From Octopus sinensis (lineage: Eukaryota): a DNA stretch of 10,609 bases. The DNA lies in the NCBI RefSeq assembly GCF_006345805.1, contig NW_021827389.1, positions 1 through 10,609 of the forward strand, written 5' to 3'. Within the stretch, counting starts at the first letter, position 1, and each line of letters opens with the position of its first letter. This document shows positions 7,041 through 10,609 of the stretch, in pieces. The notes beneath the pieces are model-generated. The model saw only the letters and a list, made by a program, of their open reading frames with translations, did not search any database and was not told where the DNA came from. The position numbers were made by a program, and so were the translations under genes.

Positions 7041-7226
7041 ACGTGTTGACAGCTAGCGCCAATTTTTTTTTTTTTTTTATATTCCCCCTCTGTTTATATT
7101 CTCCTTTCTGTTGAAGAGCCTAGGCTCGAAACTTAAAAACAATTTCTCACCTTCCCGAAAGTCAAACTAATACACCTGTTTGTTGTTTATACACCTGTCT
7201 TCGTCTTTTGTTTTCCTATAAAATTC
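7041..7226 (+). mobile_element. Short (TA)n-tailed repeat carrying a hammerhead-like motif; probable Penelope-like element terminal repeat (pLTR) remnant
   Basis: Pyrimidine-rich leader, CTGTTGAAGAGCCTAGGCTCGAAAC core, then TTCCCGAAAGTCAAACTAATAC...TTTGTT...GTCTTCGTCTTTTG and (TA)n. The layout is the same as the minus-strand element at 7272-7481. The 5' boundary is approximate. Confidence 0.55.
7105..7138 (+). ncRNA. Degenerate minimal type I hammerhead ribozyme-like motif
   Basis: UUU-CUGUUGA-A-GAGC-CUAG-GCUC-GAAAC-UUA-AAA. CUGANGA has A6 changed to U, stem II is 4 bp, the GAAA box is present and stem I is 3 bp. The G of GUH is lost, so this copy is probably inactive. Confidence 0.45.
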
Positions 7227-7271
7227 ATATATATATATATTATATGATATATCTATATATATATATATATA
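7227..7271. repeat. Interrupted (TA)n shared by two convergent elements
   Basis: TA tract between the 3' ends of the elements at 7041-7226 (+) and 7272-7481 (-). Confidence 0.9.
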
Positions 7272-7480
7272 GTTAATCCAAACATGAAAGCACAAGAAAA
7301 AAACACCCCAACAACGCGAGGACGTGGAACAAATATAGTATTATTGGACGCCAGGAAATAAGGAAAGAAGGAGGGTTTACGTTTCGAGCGGAGCTCTTCG
7401 TCGGAAACATAGGAGAAGGAAAGATCCAGAGATGGGAAGACAGAGGAAAGAAATTGCCAACGGTACACACGCGGTCACAT

Positions 7481-7481
<1 letters not shown>
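7272..7481 (-). mobile_element. Short (TA)n-flanked repeat carrying a hammerhead-like motif; probable Penelope-like element terminal repeat remnant
   Basis: Minus strand: AATGTGACCGCGTGTGTACCGTTGGCAATTTC (pyrimidine tract) ...GTTTCCGACGAAGAGCTCCGCTCGAAACGTAAACCC...TTCCTGGCGTCCAATAATAC...TTTGTTCCACGTCCTCGCGTTGTTG...TTAAC(TA)n. Confidence 0.6.
7375..7408 (-). ncRNA. Minimal type I hammerhead ribozyme-like motif
   Basis: GUUU-CCGACGA(7404-7398)-A-GAGC-UCC-GCUC-GAAAC(7385-7381)-GUA(7380-7378)-AAC. CUGANGA has U4 changed to C, stem II is 4 bp, and the GAAA box is present. Stem III is the loopless palindrome ACGU with a GUH triplet, as in the dimer-type minimal hammerheads of Penelope-like elements. 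Confidence 0.55.
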
Positions 7482-7515
<34 letters not shown>

Positions 7516-7517
<2 letters not shown>

Positions 7518-7586
7518 TTGACGGATATTTGTCCTCATCTTGTTTGTTGTTAACAACAAACAAGATGAGGACATATATCGTCAAAT
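7516..7586. repeat. Long spacerless palindrome (44-bp perfect core 7530-7573; arms extend to ~35 bp)
   Basis: TGTCCTCATCTTGTTTGTTGTT|AACAACAAACAAGATGAGGACA is centred between 7551 and 7552. It extends to ATTTGACG...CGTCAAAT with one mismatch and one 1-nt bulge. Confidence 0.95.
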
Positions 7587-7638
7587 GTAAATAAGGTAAA
7601 TACTATACATAATTCCCCATCTCTTAAATATAGAACTG

Positions 7639-7827
<189 letters not shown>

Positions 7828-7981
7828 CCGTGCGCTCGCATTATTTTTCATCTGACGTGCCGTAATTTTTTTTTCATCCGACAGGAAGGCCCATTGCCAA
7901 TATTGTTAAGTGAAACCCTAGAAACGGTGGAGAAATTTCCGCGTAAAACCAATGGATTGCATTATTGATCCACAAAAAGAA

Positions 7982-8012
7982 TATATTTATCCAGAATATT
8001 CGGATAAATATA
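7982..8012. repeat. Short palindrome with 15-bp arms
   Basis: TATATTTATCC(A)GAAT|ATTCGGATAAATATA is perfect except for one bulged A at 7993. Confidence 0.85.
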
Positions 8013-8038
8013 CGTATAAATATATATATATACTGGTT

Positions 8039-8186
8039 GTGTCTGTGTGGTACCTTGCTTCCCATCCACATGGTTCCGGGTTCAGTGCCACTGCGTGGCA
8101 CCTTGTACAAGTGTTTTCTATTATAACTTCGGGCCGACCAAAGCCTTGTGAGTGTATTTGGTAAACAAAGACTGAAAGAAGCCCAT
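8039..8186 (+). mobile_element. tRNA-derived SINE (family C) with microsatellite tail
   Basis: GTGTCTGTGTGGTACCTTGCTTCCCATCCACATGGTTCCGGGTTCAGTGCCACTGCGTGGCACCTTG...GGGCCGACCAAAGCCTTGTGAGTG...CTGAAAGAAGCCC is an inverted copy of 3980-4140. A TA/TG tail follows to ~8265. Confidence 0.88.
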
Positions 8187-8267
8187 TATCTATATGTGTG
8201 TGTGGGGGTGAGTATGTGTGTGTGTGTGTGTATGTATGCATGTTTGTATGTATATGTATGTATAACT

Positions 8268-8657
8268 TCTTTATATATAAATGTGAGGTTGTGTGCTGTC
8301 TGTCTCCTACGATTTAGATTCCTAACTACTCCCATATTTTGCGGTGCAGTTTAACCAAAACCGGGTATCTTATAGTCATGATTCATATCGAGCCCTTCTG
8401 GGTATTAGCGCACGTCTACGATGAGTCTACGATTTAAAAAAAAAATACCATCAATTTTTCCCATTTTAATGCATTTTTGGCATGTATAAGGGAAGTAACT
8501 CTAAAAATTTATGATTAAATCTCAGAACCTAAAAAGCTACAGTAACACCCCCCTTTGTGGTTAACCATATAGAGATGGCTATTATATTTTACATCTCTAA
8601 AAATACTTATATAGTTATTTCCCTTACAAACCCGAGCAACGCCGGGCGATACTGCTA

Positions 8658-8658
<1 letters not shown>
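8268..8658 (+). mobile_element. Non-autonomous Helitron (~390 bp)
   Basis: 5' TCTTTATATATAA followed by a TGTG/TGTC tract. The 3' GC hairpin CCCGAGC-AAC-GCCGGG (8631-8646) is followed 8 nt later by CTAG (8655-8658) and then host T, with no TSD. The base before TC is T rather than the canonical A. Confidence 0.85.

Positions 8659-8688
<30 letters not shown>
8659..8688. repeat. (TA)n microsatellite
   Basis: Pure TA run between the Helitron and the mariner-like element. Confidence 0.95.
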
Positions 8689-8694
<6 letters not shown>

Positions 8695-9839
8695 CAAGTT
8701 GCAGTGAATAAGTTGTCCTATCAATTGCGCAGAAATGAAAATAACACTGACATCTCATTTTAACAGAAATATTTACCAAAATTATATAAAAACATCTTGA
8801 AATGCTAAAGAGTAACTTTATTAAACAAAATCGCCATTGGCTTCAACCACGGCCTCCAGACCACTTCAGAATCTCCTGCAACTCTTCTGGATGGTCTCCT
8901 TGTTTATGTTGGTGAATCCTGCCATAATCCTTGCCTTCAGTTCATCTTTGGTGTTACAAGGAGTTTTGTTGGTCTCTTGCTCAACTGTGCCCTTCACATA
9001 ATAATCAAGTAGGCTGAAGTCTGGGGAATTGGGTGGCCAGATATTAAGGGTGATGTGGTTGCAGAAATTGTCTCACAGCCATGACTGGGTTCTCTTGCTT
9101 TTGGCATGGTGCAGATGTCAGACATATGGTGTTTCAGGAGCCACTTTGTTGACGTAGAACAGCACCACCTCCTCCAGGCACTTGATGTAGGCTTCCGTAT
9201 TGTGTCTGAGGGGACACGGCAAGCCAACCCTTTTTCTGTGTAATCACCATCTGATCCTGGCAGAAATGTTTCTCGTCTGAAACAAACCAAAGTATGTTCA
9301 GTTGGAGGGGATGCTTGTATTTGTTCAAAAGCTTCGTAACATGGACTTTCCTCTTGACCTTGATGGCTTGCGATAAAAATCGATCCTTTCTCATCTCGTA
9401 TAATGAATACCAAATGTCTTCTGATAAGATACTCAGACAGTCCCATGTCCCTGGCGATGGACTCGATTGACTTGGAGGGATCATTTTCAATCATGGTCAG
9501 GATCTCACCAACAAATTCAGAATGAGTTTTCCGAGCTACCGTACCATCGTAATCATTATTAAACTCATCCAACTCATTCCAAATCGTCCACACAGTCCTT
9601 AGATTGACAACCAAGTACTTAGAAATGTTCGTATTGGAGATTATGGCGAGAATGCCAAGCACTACAGCATGTCGTTGCCAAATTTCTGGCAGACTGAATT
9701 GCGTCTTGGTACTGTTCTTCTCACAGACGTGCCCAACTGACCCTACTATACCGTGTAGTCGCCCAAATCAAACAAACAAACAATGCGCATGCTTTAAATT
9801 AAAAACATAATATGGCGACAATTTACCTATCGTACCCTG
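8695..9839 (-). mobile_element. Tc1/mariner-superfamily DNA transposon, DD37D (maT/Bmmar1-like), internally deleted
   Basis: Left end TA|CAAGTTGCAGTGAATAAGTTGTC versus the reverse complement of the right end CAGGGTACGATAGGTAAATTGTC (14/23 identical, differences mostly transitions). These ends enclose a decayed transposase. Confidence 0.85.
8821..9707 (-). pseudogene. Degenerate DD37D (maT) transposase
   Basis: Across frameshifts: HTH region (ISKYLVVNLRTVWTI; IENDPSKSIESIARDMGLSEYLIR), LWFVSDEKHFCQDQ (first D), NTEAYIKCLEEVVL, SAPC remnant of QQDSAPCH, WPPNSPDFSLLDYYV (third D), and C-terminal TKDELKARIMAGF...CRRF*SGLEAVVEANGDFV*. Restoring the small deletions gives 37 residues between D2 and D3. 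The presumed start codon reads AAG at 9707-9705. Track ORFs 8994-9662 and 9134-9490 are pieces of it. Confidence 0.92.
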
Positions 9840-9927
9840 TGTGTGTGTGTATGCGTGTGTGTGTAAGCATGTATGTATTAGAGAAAAGGCTAGGTAGATA
9901 TATAGATATAGGGAAAAAACAGATGGA

Positions 9928-10044
<117 letters not shown>

Positions 10045-10191
10045 AAAATGACTGTTTTTCATATAACAAGCAAGTATAAATTTATATCCCGTTCAAACCG
10101 TTTTGTATATTTTTTTTATTTTCCTTCAATTTTATTTTCTTCCTTTTTAAACAGTTTTCCCTTCTACCCAGCGTTGCCTTGTTCTTTATAT

Positions 10192-10300
10192 CATCTTCTT
10201 GTTCTTGTTATTGATTGTGTCGATAATAATGATACTGCCGTTGTACTTATCGATTATGTTGTTCTTGTTCTTGTTGTTGTAGCTCTTGTTGTTGTCGTCG
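10192..10300. repeat. Degenerate (GTT/CTT/GAT)n trinucleotide low-complexity tract
   Basis: CATCTTCTTGTTCTTGTT...GTTGTTCTTGTTCTTGTTGTTGTAGCTCTTGTTGTTGTCGTCGTT. Confidence 0.75.
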
Positions 10301-10473
10301 TTATATATGAAAATTTATTTTGATCGTCCTTTTGTTATTAGATTTTTGAGATACTGTCAGATATTCCTGTCATTACGGAGCTATGTAAATAGGAAAACAA
10401 TTGTTTATCATAGAGGAATGCCTTTGGTGATGTGTGTGCGTGTGAGTGTGTTTGCGTTGGTGTTGTGCTTAGA

Positions 10474-10595
10474 GGTTGTAGTAAGTGTTGTAGGCGTTGT
10501 GGTTGGTGGTGGTGGTGGCAGTGATGATAGTGTTGCTGGTGTTGGAGGTAGTACAGATGGTGGTGATGGTGGTGGTGGCGATGGCTGTGGTGTGT
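10474..10595. repeat. Degenerate (GGT)n trinucleotide tract
   Basis: GGTGGTGGTGGCAGTGATGATAGTGTTGCTGGTGTTGGAGGTAGT...GGTGGTGATGGTGGTGGTGGC. Confidence 0.8.
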
Positions 10596-10609
10596 TGGGT
10601 TATTTGTAG

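Noticed and set aside
7895-7940. PILLSETLETVEKF resembling the LExVxxFxYLG motif of RTE/CR1 reverse transcriptases
   Set aside because: Only ~14 residues, the diagnostic YLG is absent, and there is no flanking RT similarity.

Overview
Repeat-saturated, AT-rich animal genomic DNA with no recognisable host gene. The SINE families and (TA)n/(CA)n/(GATA)n load look like those I recognise from octopus (cephalopod) genomes; this is recognition, not a database result. Contents: (1) the 5' half of an L1/Tx1-type non-LTR retrotransposon (~603-2447, +), with a 5'UTR carrying five 29-bp tandem repeats and a decayed gag-like ORF1 (RRM-like region plus CCHC knuckle) but no ORF2; (2) at least three tRNA-derived SINE families, including two copies of a head-to-tail dimer with an identical junction, one flanked by a 13-bp target-site duplication; (3) two tail-to-tail, (TA)n-tailed short elements that each carry a minimal hammerhead-ribozyme-like motif (Penelope-like/retrozyme-like), next to a 44-bp perfect palindrome; (4) a non-autonomous Helitron, a Helentron-type (HINE/DINE-1-like) element, single hAT-like and Tc2/pogo-like termini, and a decayed DD37D (maT) Tc1/mariner transposon (8695-9839). 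Most ORFs in the supplied track are microsatellite or repeat read-through artefacts. The most interesting items are the paired hammerhead-like elements, the ORF1-only LINE segment and the TSD-flanked SINE dimer. None is shown to be novel without database searches.
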